NCBI GenBank assembly: GCA_046726415.1
Contig: JBKPAK010000015.1
Span: 14,279-78,278, forward strand
Direction of reading: 5' to 3'
Length of the DNA stretch: 64,000 nucleotides
Source of the DNA: Candidatus Methylomirabilota bacterium
GTDB taxonomy: Bacteria > Methylomirabilota > Methylomirabilia > Rokubacteriales > CSP1-6
Below the pieces are notes generated by a model that was not told the origin of the DNA, ran no database searches, and worked only from the letters and a program-made list of their open reading frames with translations. How positions within the stretch are numbered: the first letter of the stretch is position 1; each line of letters starts with the position of its first letter. This document shows positions 41,265 through 50,889 of the stretch, one piece after another. Made by a program: the position numbers and the translations under genes.

Positions 41265-42345
41265 GAGCGGGGGGAAGCCGCGTCAGTCGGGGCGAGCACC
41301 CCCAGCACCCCGATCACCTCGCCGTCACCGTCTTTGAGCGGCGACAAGCGCATGTTGGCGTGACGGCTCTCTCCGCCCGGCAAGATGTAGGGGATGTTCG
41401 GGACGTCCTCCGGCTGGGCGGTGCGCAGCACCCGCTCGTACGCCTCACGCGCGGCCGAGGCCAGTTGCCCGAGTGGTAGGTGCCCCAGCTGGCGACCCAC
41501 GATCTGTGCGTGGCGAAGACGCCACATGCGCTCGGCAGCCTGGTTCCACGTCTCGATGGTGCCCGCCCGGTCGAGCACGATGATGCCCTGCTCGAGGCTG
41601 TTCAGAAAGCTCTGGTGGCTGACATCCATTCGGCGAAGCTCCGCCGTGCGGTGCTCTAGCTCGGTGTTGAGCGTGGCCAGCTCGGCGTTGGTCGCTCGCA
41701 GCTCTTCGACGGTGGTCTCCATTGGTCGACTGGAGCTCTTCGTTGGTGGTCTCGAGCTCCTCGTTGGTCGATTGGAGCTCTTCGTTGGTGGTCTCCAACT
41801 CTTCGTTGGTCGACTGCAATTCCTCGATGGCCGTGGCATGCTGCTCGGCGATCCGGCTCATCTGTTCCTTGAGCCGGGCGTGCTCGGTGGCCTCCAGGGC
41901 GAACACCAGGATCCCCGACGCGTGGTCGCCGTCCATGAGCGGCAGCATCGACAAGTCCACGTGCGCTAGTTCGCCGTTCCGCCGCGTGAAGGTCACGTCG
42001 TCCAGGCTAACTAACGGCGGCGTGTCCGGCCTTCACGTCCTCGATCCGCGCCCGCAGCCCTTCCACCCGATAGCTGATGTCGAGGTCACGGAACTTGTCG
42101 GCCACGGCACCGGCCATCGGGATCTCGAACAGCTGCTCGGCCGCCAGGTTCCGGGACAGGATGGTGTCGGACATGTCGATGACGACGACGCCGGCCGGCA
42201 GCACATCGACGGCGCGCTGAAGACGCGCGGCGGTGGACGCGTCGGTGCGCGCTCCATGCTCGGCCGTCAGGGCCTCGGGCGCCCGGTCGGGCAGCACGGC
42301 ACCCACGTGCTGGGCGCGGTGGTGACTCGGCGGAGCCACGCGCAT
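41261..42345 (-). pseudogene. PAS/coiled-coil protein resembling the C-terminal part of CheB/CheR fusions; two frameshifts
   Basis: Two PAS domains around EELQSTNEELETTN heptad repeats; breaks at ~42010 (4-bp duplication) and ~41720 (deletion). Confidence 0.75.
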
Positions 42346-42419
42346 CGTAGGGCGGGGTCCCTACCGTGTCAAGGACGCCTCCGACAGCGCGATCACCCGA
42401 ACGGCACGGCCGTCGGCCC

Positions 42420-42998
42420 TCAGCGGTGGGCGGCGAGCAGGTTGGCGCGCAGGCTTTCTATCTGCTGGTGGAGCGGGGCGCCGCCCCGCGCCGTCATGGG
42501 CGTCTGGTCTGCCAGCGCCGTGTGCAGTTCGACGAGGATCGGCCCCTCCTCGCTGAGGATCCGGGGCAGGCGGCGGCGAAACTCGTCGATCTCGTGAATG
42601 GCCGAGGCGCTGCGATACCCGGCCCCCTTGGCCATGGCCACGAAGTCCACGGTGAGACCGCCGGGAATCTCCTGGGCCCCCGAGGTGTGATAGACGCCGT
42701 TCTTGAACAGGAGATGGACGAGGTTGCGCGGGCGCGCTCCGGCAATGGTGGCCAGCGAGCCGAGTTGCATCAGGAGCGAGCCGTCGCCGTCGAAGACGAT
42801 GACGCGCCGCTCGGGGCGGGCCAGCGCGAGGCCGAGACCGATCGACGAGGCGCCGCCCATGAAGCCGGCGCACGTCACCGAGAGGTCGTCGGGGGCGATG
42901 GTGCGCCAGGCGGGAGCGGTGGTCATGGTGGGGACGCAGAGGGCATCGCCGCGAGCGGCGGCGATGGCCCGCAGCACGTCTTCGGGCTTCATGGCCAT
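42420..42998 (-). CDS. TPP-binding decarboxylase beta subunit (ComE/phosphonopyruvate decarboxylase-like)
   Basis: FMGGASSIGLG, DGDGSLLM, FKNG. Confidence 0.87.
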   Translation of the reverse strand: MAMKPEDVLRAIAAARGDALCVPTMTTAPAWRTIAPDDLSVTCAGFMGGASSIGLGLALARPERRVIVFDGDGSLLMQLGSLATIAGARPRNLVHLLFKNGVYHTSGAQEIPGGLTVDFVAMAKGAGYRSASAIHEIDEFRRRLPRILSEEGPILVELHTALADQTPMTARGGAPLHQQIESLRANLLAAHR

Positions 42999-42999
42999 C

Positions 43000-43560
43000 T
43001 CAGATCGTCTCCAGGCCTACCAGCACCGCCGCCGGCCCCCGCCGCTGGCGGCTGAGCCGGTAGTACTCGGGAATGAGGTGCACGTCGTTGGGACCTTCCA
43101 GCCGAGCGTGGGGCACGCCGAACGTGTCGAGCAGCGGTTCGGCGAAACGCACCATGGAATGGCGTGACTCGCGGGGGTCCTTGTCCTTCTCGCGGCTGAG
43201 GAGTCCGATCATGTAGAACATCGGGACGCGACCGTCCATGGCCACCCCTCGGAGGGTGTTGACGGACGCGTAGAGCCCTGCGTGCTGGATCATGAGGGCC
43301 ACCGGCTCCCCGCCGGTGTAGAGGCCAGCGGCGATGGCCACGGCCTCGTCCTCGGTGGCGCACGTCACTACGCGAAGGGACTGCTCCTTGTCCAGCGCCG
43401 CCAACACCGTCTTCTGATGAGTATCGGGCACGCTGAGAATCCAGCCCAAGTGGTCGTACGGTGGCTCACTCCACCCCTCGGCCGCGCGCGCTGCGCGGGC
43501 TTCCCGGAAGGTATCCTTCAGCGTATCGATGATCAGCGACGCGGGGATCGATTCCGGCAT
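43000..43560 (-). CDS. Decarboxylase alpha subunit (ComD/phosphonopyruvate decarboxylase N-terminal-like)
   Basis: [23 protein letters not shown]...N. Confidence 0.82.
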   Translation of the reverse strand: MPESIPASLIIDTLKDTFREARAARAAEGWSEPPYDHLGWILSVPDTHQKTVLAALDKEQSLRVVTCATEDEAVAIAAGLYTGGEPVALMIQHAGLYASVNTLRGVAMDGRVPMFYMIGLLSREKDKDPRESRHSMVRFAEPLLDTFGVPHARLEGPNDVHLIPEYYRLSRQRRGPAAVLVGLETI

Positions 43561-43627
43561 GCGAGCCTCCCGACCGAATATCGGATGTATCCTAATGAAA
43601 GATTCCGCCTTTCAGAAAGGGGCACTC

Positions 43628-44299
43628 ATGCTTCGGATCATCGCGTGCATCATCGCGCTTCTGACCCTCGGCGCCGCCGGCGCCGTCACAGGCCAGGAGC
43701 TGAAGACCGAGGAGCAGAAGACGTTCTACGCCCTCGGACTGGCACTCAGCCAGGGCCTCACCTCCTTCAACCTGACCGAAGCCGAGCTCGACCTGGTCAA
43801 ATCGGGCCTGACCGATGGGATCTTGAACCGACCGCGGAAGGTCGAGCTGCCGACCTACGCTCCCAAGCTGCAGGAGCTGCAGAACTCGCGCATGGCGGCG
43901 GTAGCGTCCGTCGAGAAGAAGTCCAGCCAGGCGTTCCTCGACAAGGCCGCCGCCGAGAAGGGAGCGACCAAGACGCCCTCGGGAGTGATCGTTACCACGA
44001 TCACCCCAGGTACCGGCCCCGCGCCCACGGCCAGTGACAAGGTGAAAGTGCACTACACCGGAACGCTGACCGACGGCTCCGTCTTCGACAGCTCCGTCCA
44101 GCGAGGGCAACCCGCCACGTTCCCGCTCAATGGGGTCATCAAGTGCTGGACGGAGGGGGTCGCCACCATGAAAGTCGGCGGCAAGAGTAAGTTCGTGTGC
44201 CCGGCCGACGCCGCCTACGGCGATCGCGGGGCCCCCCCGAAAATCAAGCCGGGCGCCACCCTGGTCTTCGAGGTGGAGTTGCTGGAGATCGTCAAGTAA
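43628..44299 (+). CDS. FKBP-type peptidyl-prolyl isomerase (FkpA/Mip-like) with signal peptide
   Basis: YALG N-domain, [33 protein letters not shown]. Confidence 0.95.
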   Translation: MLRIIACIIALLTLGAAGAVTGQELKTEEQKTFYALGLALSQGLTSFNLTEAELDLVKSGLTDGILNRPRKVELPTYAPKLQELQNSRMAAVASVEKKSSQAFLDKAAAEKGATKTPSGVIVTTITPGTGPAPTASDKVKVHYTGTLTDGSVFDSSVQRGQPATFPLNGVIKCWTEGVATMKVGGKSKFVCPADAAYGDRGAPPKIKPGATLVFEVELLEIVK

Positions 44300-45837
44300 C
44301 GCCCGCACCTCTCGCCCTCCGTCGCTACCCCGACGCGCTCCAGCAGTTCCGCTGGAGCGCGTTGTGGGAGCTGTTCGACGGCGACCGCCACCGTCTCAAC
44401 ATCGCCCACGAGTGCGTCGACCGCCATCCGGCCGAGACCACCGCGCTGCGCATCGCCGGCGCCGACGGCCGGCATCATGAAGTCAACTTCGCCGCGCTCC
44501 GCGCCTGGTCCTCGCGCTTCGCCAATTTTCTCGGCGCCGAGGGGATCGCCCCCGGCGATCGCGTGGGCATCATGCTCGAGCCCTCGCTGGCCTTCTACGG
44601 CGGGCTCTTCGGGACACTCAAGCGCGGGGCCATCGCGGTTCCCCTCTTCACCCTCTTCGGTCCCGAGGGGCTGGCTCTGCGCATTGACGACTGCCGTCCG
44701 CGCATGCTCCTGGTGGATGATCCCGATCGCTGGCGCTCGCGATTTCCCGAGGTACGCATGCTGGCCGTCGATGAGACCTTCGACGAGCGGCTGGCCCGCG
44801 AGCGCGACGACTATGTTCCGGAGACGGCTGCTGACGACCTCGCGGTTTTCCAGTACACGTCGGGGACGACACGGGCGCTGCCCGAAGCCGTGCGCCACAC
44901 CCATCGATCGGTCGTGACCTTGATGGTGGCTGCGCTCTACGGCGTGGGGCTCGAGCCGGGCGACCGCTACTTCTGCCCGTCGTCGCCCGCCTGGGGTCAC
45001 GGCTTCTGGCACGGAACGATCGCCCCGCTGGCGCTCGGCATCGCGGCCGGGGCCTCCGCGGGCCGATTCGAGGCCGAGCGGTTGCTCGCCGCGCTGGAGG
45101 CCTTCGAGATCACCAACCTCGCCGCGGCGCCCACCGTCTTTCGCCTGCTCGCGCGCGCGAAAGGCCTGGCGCGCTACCGCCTGGCCCTGCAGAAAATCTC
45201 GTTCACCGGGGAGCCCATGGACGGGCAGACCTGGGACTTCATCGAGCGCGCGTTTGGCGTCACCCCGTGCAGCATGTACGGGAGCACCGAGGTCGGCGTC
45301 GTCATCGCCAACTACCCCGGATTTCCAGGCTATGAGGTCCGGCGGGGCGCTCTCGGTCGGGCGGCGCCCGGATGGGAGGTGGCTATCGTGAATGAGGCGC
45401 GCCAGCCGCTGCCGGCCGGGTGCACCGGCGAGATCGCCGTGCGGCGCAAGGACGGCTGGTTCCTCGTGAAGGACCGCGGCCGCATGGACGCCGATGGATA
45501 CTTCTTCCTCGAGGGCCGGTCCGACGACGTCATCATCTCGGCGGGGTGGACCATGAGCGCGGTGGAGATGGAGAATGTGCTCCTGAGCCATCCCGACGTG
45601 CGAGAGGCGGCGGTGGTCGGTGTCGCCGATCCGCTGCGGGGCCAGGTTCCCAAAGCCTTCGTGGTGGCCGTCCGCCAAGGCATCGACGTCGAGCGCGAGC
45701 TTCAAAGCTACATCCGCGGGCGCCTCAGCCAGCACGAGTACCCGCGGAGCATCGAGTTCGTCGACGAGCTGCCGAAGACCCCCGCGGGCAAGGTCAATCG
45801 CAAAGCACTGCGTGACCACGCGGCGGGCGCGTCCTAG
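44296..45837 (+). CDS. Acyl-CoA synthetase (start codon uncertain)
   Basis: [36 protein letters not shown]. The expected start position holds GTA (44296); first canonical in-frame alternative is TTG 44362. Confidence 0.85.
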   Translation, partial: VTPAPLALRRYPDALQQFRWSALWELFDGDRHRLNIAHECVDRHPAETTALRIAGADGRHHEVNFAALRAWSSRFANFLGAEGIAPGDRVGIMLEPSLAFYGGLFGTLKRGAIAVPLFTLFGPEGLALRIDDCRPRMLLVDDPDRWRSRFPEVRMLAVDETFDERLARERDDYVPETAADDLAVFQYTSGTTRALPEAVRHTHRSVVTLMVAALYGVGLEPGDRYFCPSSPAWGHGFWHGTIAPLALGIAAGASAGRFEAERLLAALEAFEITNLAAAPTVFRLLARAKGLARYRLALQKISFTGEPMDGQTWDFIERAFGVTPCSMYGSTEVGVVIANYPGFPGYEVRRGALGRAAPGWEVAIVNEARQPLPAGCTGEIAVRRKDGWFLVKDRGRMDADGYFFLEGRSDDVIISAGWTMSAVEMENVLLSHPDVREAAVVGVADPLRGQVPKAFVVAVRQGIDVERELQSYIRGRLSQHEYPRSIEFVDELPKTPAGKVNRKALRDHAAGAS

Positions 45838-45843
45838 CGGGGT

Positions 45844-46920
45844 GTGGCGGTGAGCTTCCCGATCATCACGGGCGAAGCGGTGGCTGCCCTGCGCACCCTG
45901 GTCGGCCAGGAGATCCGCCGACCCGAACCGCATATCGAGGTGGCCACGCGCGACGCCATCCGCCACTGGGCGCACGGTATTGGGGATCGCAACCGCTATT
46001 GGTTGGAGTACGGGGTGGCCCCGCCGACCATCTTCTTTGCCCTGGATCGCATCGTGTCGGGCTACGTGGGTGGCCTGCCCGGCATCCACGCGATGTACGC
46101 CGGCACCGACTTCCGCTGGCGGCGACTGATCCGCGAAGGCGAACGCGTGGTCGGCCGCAGCATTCTCCTCGATCTCGAGGAGAAGCCCTCGACCTTCGCG
46201 AAGCGCGCTATCAAGCAGACGTACCGCACGACCTTCGTGGCCAATGATGGCGGGGTGATCGGCGAGGCAGACTCGTGGTGCTTCCGAACGGAGCGCGACG
46301 CCGCGCGAGAGCGGAAGAAGTATGCGCCGCGCGAGCCGTACCGCTACTCCCCTGCAGAGATGGCCCGGATCCGGGGCGCCTACGCGGAGGAGAAGATCCG
46401 CGGAGCCACCGATCGATCCTGGGAGGAGGTCGCCGTCGGCGAAACGCTGCCCGAGGTGGTCAAGGGACCGCTCACGGTGACGTCGATCATCGCCTTCGTC
46501 CAGGGCTGGGGCGGCCTGTACGTTCGCGCTCACGGCTTGGCCTTCGATCTCTTCGCGCGTCACCCGGCCCTGGGCATCCCCAACGAGTTCGGCGTGCCCG
46601 AACCGCCGGAGCGCGTGCACTGGGATCCCGCCCTCGCGCAGGCCGTGGGAGTGCCGGCACCGTACGACTACGGCCCCGAGCGGGTGGCCTGGCTGGGACA
46701 TCTGGTCACCAACTGGATGGGGGACGCCGGCTTCCTCGCTCGCCTCAATGTCCAGGTGCGGCGCCACAATCTCATTGGCGATACCACCTGGTGCCGCGGA
46801 CGAGTGGCGGCCAAGGCGATCGTCGACGGACGCAGCGAGGTGACGCTCGATCTCCAAGCCGTCAACCAGCGCGGCGAGACAATCGCCATCGGCCAGGCGG
46901 TGGTGGTCCTTCCCCGTTGA
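45844..46920 (+). CDS. Double hot-dog (MaoC/FAS1-like) dehydratase
   Basis: DAIRHWAHGIGD.N, APPT, VHWD..A..VG.P.PYD.G, IGDT. Confidence 0.85.
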   Translation: MAVSFPIITGEAVAALRTLVGQEIRRPEPHIEVATRDAIRHWAHGIGDRNRYWLEYGVAPPTIFFALDRIVSGYVGGLPGIHAMYAGTDFRWRRLIREGERVVGRSILLDLEEKPSTFAKRAIKQTYRTTFVANDGGVIGEADSWCFRTERDAARERKKYAPREPYRYSPAEMARIRGAYAEEKIRGATDRSWEEVAVGETLPEVVKGPLTVTSIIAFVQGWGGLYVRAHGLAFDLFARHPALGIPNEFGVPEPPERVHWDPALAQAVGVPAPYDYGPERVAWLGHLVTNWMGDAGFLARLNVQVRRHNLIGDTTWCRGRVAAKAIVDGRSEVTLDLQAVNQRGETIAIGQAVVVLPR

Positions 46921-46942
46921 CGTCGTCGGCGGAGCCGTCCGG

Positions 46943-47467
46943 CTAGCGCTCCAGTTCCACCCCAAGCGCCTCGTTGAAGCGGTTCGTGAAGTTGGCGGCC
47001 GCGATGGAGAGCGTGAGCTGCACGAGCCCTTCGGGCGCGAGACGCGCGCGGAGCGCCTCCACCAGAGCGGGATCGACCTGCACCGTGTCCGTCATCTCCT
47101 CGGCGTAGCGAATCACCAGCCGCTCCAGCTCCGAGAACAGCGGACTGGTCGCGGCGGCCGGCAGGTTCTCGAATTTCTCGCGTGACACGCCGGCCCTCTG
47201 ACCGAGGGCCGAGTTGTGGGTGACTCAGTACGTGCAGCCGTTGAGCTGCGAGACCCGTACGTAGGCGAGCTGGCGAAGGCCGAGATCGAGGGGGCCCTCG
47301 CGCAAGGTGGGGTACCACTGGAGAAAGCGCGGCAGCGAGCGCGCGTGATACGCCATGAGCTTGAAGATGTTGAGGACACGCCCGGATGCCTTCGCGAGGC
47401 CGTCGTAGATCGTCTGGACCTCGGCGGGCACCTCATCGCGTTCGAGATAGGGAAGTCTTGCGCTCAT
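46943..47467 (-). CDS. AhpD/carboxymuconolactone-decarboxylase family selenoprotein (CxxU; UGA at 47227-47225, codon 81)
   Basis: ORFs 47225-47548 and 46943-47188 are one frame: LRQLAYVRVSQLNGCTY*VTHN...FSELERLVIRYAEEMT...NFTNRFN. UGA replaces the second Cys of CxxC; a hairpin follows. Confidence 0.88.
47191..47211 (-). promoter_or_regulatory. Putative bacterial SECIS element
   Basis: CGGCCCUC-GGUCA-GAGGGCCG, stem starting 13 nt after the UGA, loop starts GG. Confidence 0.75.
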
Positions 47468-47595
47468 TCCGCCACCTCCTCCGTGCCGGATCCTAGCAGA
47501 CGCTCTGCCTCGCCGCCGCTTGCACGCCCCGCGGGCGTCTATGTACATTCCTGGTGCTCATGGAGGAGTCGATTTCCCTGGTACCCCTTCGTTGA

Positions 47596-48435
47596 ATGCC
47601 CGAGTTACCTGAGGTAGAGGTGGGGCGGCTCATCGCGCGTCGGGTGGCGGCCGGGCGCGTGATCATCCGGGTCCGCTGTGCGGACGATCCCATCGTCTTC
47701 GACGGCGTGACACCGGCCCGCTTCCGGCGCGCCTTGCTGGGACGGCGCGTGCAGACCGTGCGGCGGCACGGCAAGCACTTGTGGTTCGAATTGGACCGGC
47801 GGCCGTGGCCCATCCTTCATTTCGGCATGACGGGCGGCTTCCACACGCCGGGCGCCCGCGGCGTCAAGCTCGTCTCCAGCGGCGACCGCGATCCCGACGG
47901 CAGGTGGCCGCCGCGCTTCACCAGGCTCCACCTCGTCTTCGACGACGGCGGCGAGCTGGTGTTCGCCGATGCCCGGCGGCTTGGCCGGGTGCGCCTGCGC
48001 CATGATCCGCGCCGGGAGCCGCCCATCAGCCTCCTCGGCTTCGACGCCTTGCACGAGATTCCCTCGCTGGCGCAGTTCCACGGGCTGGTGAGTGCGCGCG
48101 CGACTCCGCTCAAGGCCCTCTTGCTCGACCAGTCGTTCGCCGCCGGGGTGGGCAACTGGATCGCCGATGAGGTGCTGTATCAGGCCGGGCTCGATCCGCG
48201 CCGGCCCGCACGCTCGCTCAGTCGCGAGGAAGTGGCCCGGCTCCGCGCGCGGTTACGGGCGGTAGTGGCGCGGTCCGCCCAGGTGCGCTCAGACAGCGAT
48301 CGCTATCCGCGTTCGTGGCTCTTCCACTACCGCTGGGGCAAGCGGGTCGGCGCGGTGACCGGACGCGGCGAGTCGATTCGGTACATCGTGGTGGCCGGAC
48401 GCACGACAGCGTGGGTGCCGTCGGTCCAGCGATGA
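47596..48435 (+). CDS. mutM: Fpg/Nei family DNA glycosylase/AP lyase without a zinc finger
   Basis: MPELPEVE, RHGKHLW, HFGMTG, DARRLG, LLDQ..AGVGNWIADE (H2TH); Cys-free C-terminus ending GRTTAWVP. Confidence 0.88.
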   Translation: MPELPEVEVGRLIARRVAAGRVIIRVRCADDPIVFDGVTPARFRRALLGRRVQTVRRHGKHLWFELDRRPWPILHFGMTGGFHTPGARGVKLVSSGDRDPDGRWPPRFTRLHLVFDDGGELVFADARRLGRVRLRHDPRREPPISLLGFDALHEIPSLAQFHGLVSARATPLKALLLDQSFAAGVGNWIADEVLYQAGLDPRRPARSLSREEVARLRARLRAVVARSAQVRSDSDRYPRSWLFHYRWGKRVGAVTGRGESIRYIVVAGRTTAWVPSVQR

Positions 48436-48491
48436 GCACAGTGAGCTGGAACACCGCGGGTCCGGTGCGGTGCCCGAGAGGAGAACCTGCG

Positions 48492-48790
48492 ATGTCACTG
48501 GCCTTGCGCAAGCTGCATCCGACCTTCGGCGTCGAGATCCTCGGGGTTGATGTCAGAGGCGTGGACGACGCCGTCTTCAAGGAGATCGTCGACGCCTTCA
48601 ACGATCACTCCGTGTTGCTCTTCCGCGGCCAGACGTTGACCGACGAGGAACAGATCTCCAACGGGCGGGTGACCTCGTCATGTGGGACAACCGCTGCATG
48701 CTGCACCGCGGCCGCCCGTGGAACGAGTCGAAGTATCGGCGAGTCATGCACCGGACGACTGTGGCCGGCGACGGGCCCACCGCCCCTGAA
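48492..48790 (+). pseudogene. TauD/TfdA dioxygenase with a large internal deletion
   Basis: N-terminus LHPTFGVEILGVD...VLLFRGQTLTDEEQI joined out of frame to C-terminus GDLVMWDNRCMLHR...RRVMHRTTVAG; the HxD core is absent. Confidence 0.8.
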
Positions 48791-49027
48791 GATAGTCCTG
48801 GTCGTGAGGTCTCGCCCGCGCGCGACGATCTAGAAAAAGAGCCACCTCAGTCGCTGTTCGCGAGCGGCGTCGCTATCCGGGTCGGCGCCGCGGCCGGTCG
48901 ACGTACCGCGTGGGCCGCTCGAACGGCCAGGCATCGCGAGCAGGAGTCCACCCGGTTCGCCCGGCGCACGCGGGGCGAGCCGTCGATCGCCCGCGCCCAA
49001 CGTCAGGAACCTTCGACACCAGGATGC

Positions 49028-49573
49028 TCAGTCCTGGCGCACCGCCGCGATGACGAGGGAGATGTGGACGCGATCGCCCAGGTACATCCCGCCGCCCTCG
49101 ATCGCCGCGTTGAAGGTCACCCCGAAGTCGCGGCGATCGATTGTGGTCTCCGCCTGGAAGGCCGCCAGCGTCTTTCCCGAGACGGGGTGCGTGCCTTGCC
49201 CCTTGAAGTGGGCGTCCAGGACGGCCGCGCGGGTGACGCCATGGATGGTCAGATCCCCCGAGATCTTCCAGTGCCTCGCGTCGACCGGCTCGACCCGGGT
49301 GCTCTGGAATGTGATGGTGGGGTGATCCTTCCCGCCGAGGAGATCTGCATCCATCAGCCGGCCCATGAGCCGCTCGTTAGTGACGTCGACGCTCGCCACC
49401 GGTATCGAAGCGCTCACGGCCGCGTCCGCCGGTCGGGTCGGATCGTAGCGCAAGGTGCCCTCGAGCGTACGGAAGCCGGTCCGGTAGACGGACATGCCCA
49501 TGTACTCGAGCGAGAACTCCACGCTCGAGTGCACCGGATCGATGGTCCAGGTCGGAAGCGTCTCTGTCGTCAT
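49028..49573 (-). CDS. YceI family lipid/polyisoprenoid-binding protein
   Basis: WTIDPVHSSVEF, P.ITFQST, GDLTIHGVT, IDRRDFG. Confidence 0.92.
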   Translation of the reverse strand: MTTETLPTWTIDPVHSSVEFSLEYMGMSVYRTGFRTLEGTLRYDPTRPADAAVSASIPVASVDVTNERLMGRLMDADLLGGKDHPTITFQSTRVEPVDARHWKISGDLTIHGVTRAAVLDAHFKGQGTHPVSGKTLAAFQAETTIDRRDFGVTFNAAIEGGGMYLGDRVHISLVIAAVRQD

Positions 49574-49583
49574 GGCCGAGTCG

Positions 49584-50678
49584 CTAGTTGAAGACCACCA
49601 CGCCGCGGGCGACCTGCCCGCTCGTCAGGAGCCTGAAGCCCTCGTTGATGTCGGCCAGGGCGTAGGTCCGACTGACGAGCTCGTCGATCTTCAGCCGGCC
49701 GTCCATGTACAGATTCACCAGGCGGGGAAAGTCGATGTTCGGCCGCACCGAGCCGTACATCGTGCCTTTGATGCACTTCTCCTGCAGGGCCATCGTGTAG
49801 GGCGTGATGGGCGCCCGCACGCTCATCGCGGCCATGCCGACAATGACCGCCGTGCCGCCCGGGCGGATGGCGTCGAGGATCTGCAAGGTGGTGGCTTCGC
49901 CGCCGATGGCGTCGAAGGCGTAGTCGACGCCACGCCCACCGGTGAGCTTGCGGACCTCCTCCACCACATTCTCGCGCGAGGCGTTCACCGTGTGGCTGGC
50001 TCCGAACTCCTTGGCGTAGGCGAGCTTGTTGTCGAGAAGGTCGGCGGCGATAATCTTCTCCGCCCCCACCAGCTTCCCGCCCTGCACGACATTGAGTCCG
50101 ACGCCGCCGCAGCCGACGACGAGCATGGACGCGCCGGCCTCCACTTTCGCGCAGCTCATGACGGCGCCGACGCCGGTCGGCACGCAGCACCCGGTGAGCG
50201 CCGCCTGGGGCCACGGCATGTCCTGACGGATGGGCACCAGCATCTCCGCCGGGCACACCACCGACTCGGCAAACGTCCCGATGCGCGCCATCTGTCTCAG
50301 ATCCTCGCCGTTGCGGCGCATGCGGCAGGTGCCGTCGAGCAGGCCCCACCGCGGCGAGCTGTAGCCATCACACAGGATGGAGCGACCGATGGAGCAGTAG
50401 AGGCAGCGCCCGCAGTGCGGGCGGAAGGAGAAGATGACGTGGTCGCCCGCCTTGACGTTGGTGACGCCGGCTCCGACCTCGTCCACGATGCCCGCCGCCT
50501 CGTGGCCGAGCACCATGGGAAGCGGCAGCGGCCAGTCGCCGTTCATGATGTGCCAGTCGCTGTGGCAGATGCCGGCAGCCTTGACCTTCACCCGCGCCTC
50601 TCCGGCGCGCGGCCCTTCCTGCTGAACGTCGACGACCTGGAGCGGCTCGTTGGCCTTGTAGAGGACGGCTGCCTTCAT
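49584..50678 (-). CDS. Zinc-dependent alcohol dehydrogenase
   Basis: GICHSD, LGHEAAG, CGRCLYC...C, GCGGVG. Confidence 0.95.
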   Translation of the reverse strand: MKAAVLYKANEPLQVVDVQQEGPRAGEARVKVKAAGICHSDWHIMNGDWPLPLPMVLGHEAAGIVDEVGAGVTNVKAGDHVIFSFRPHCGRCLYCSIGRSILCDGYSSPRWGLLDGTCRMRRNGEDLRQMARIGTFAESVVCPAEMLVPIRQDMPWPQAALTGCCVPTGVGAVMSCAKVEAGASMLVVGCGGVGLNVVQGGKLVGAEKIIAADLLDNKLAYAKEFGASHTVNASRENVVEEVRKLTGGRGVDYAFDAIGGEATTLQILDAIRPGGTAVIVGMAAMSVRAPITPYTMALQEKCIKGTMYGSVRPNIDFPRLVNLYMDGRLKIDELVSRTYALADINEGFRLLTSGQVARGVVVFN

Positions 50679-50889
50679 CCGGATGCCTCCATACCGACAG
50701 GCTCTGATCGGGGCCCATGGGGCGGTTATTCATGCCGAGGGCGCGATCATGCGGGGGCGCCGCCGGGGTGTCAAGAGGTCGCGGACGAGGTCCAGCGAAA
50801 GGATGTCCCGCTTGACGCCTGTCGCGTCGAGGCGGCATCATCGTCCCGTCATCACGCGACGGTCGACCCGCTCGCGCGAGGAGGAGACC

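Noticed and set aside
41695-41830. 21-bp repeat array as a non-coding element
   Set aside because: Explained by coiled-coil heptads (EELQSTN/EELETTN) on the minus strand.
15879-43560. Coenzyme M biosynthesis cluster
   Set aside because: ComB and ComDE homologs are 26 kb apart, comA/comC are absent and comB is frameshifted.
44215-46965. 916-aa minus-strand ORF and other long antisense ORFs (e.g. 55826-57667, 25426-26973, 36831-38345)
   Set aside because: Shadow frames of real genes in high-GC DNA, with no recognisable motifs.
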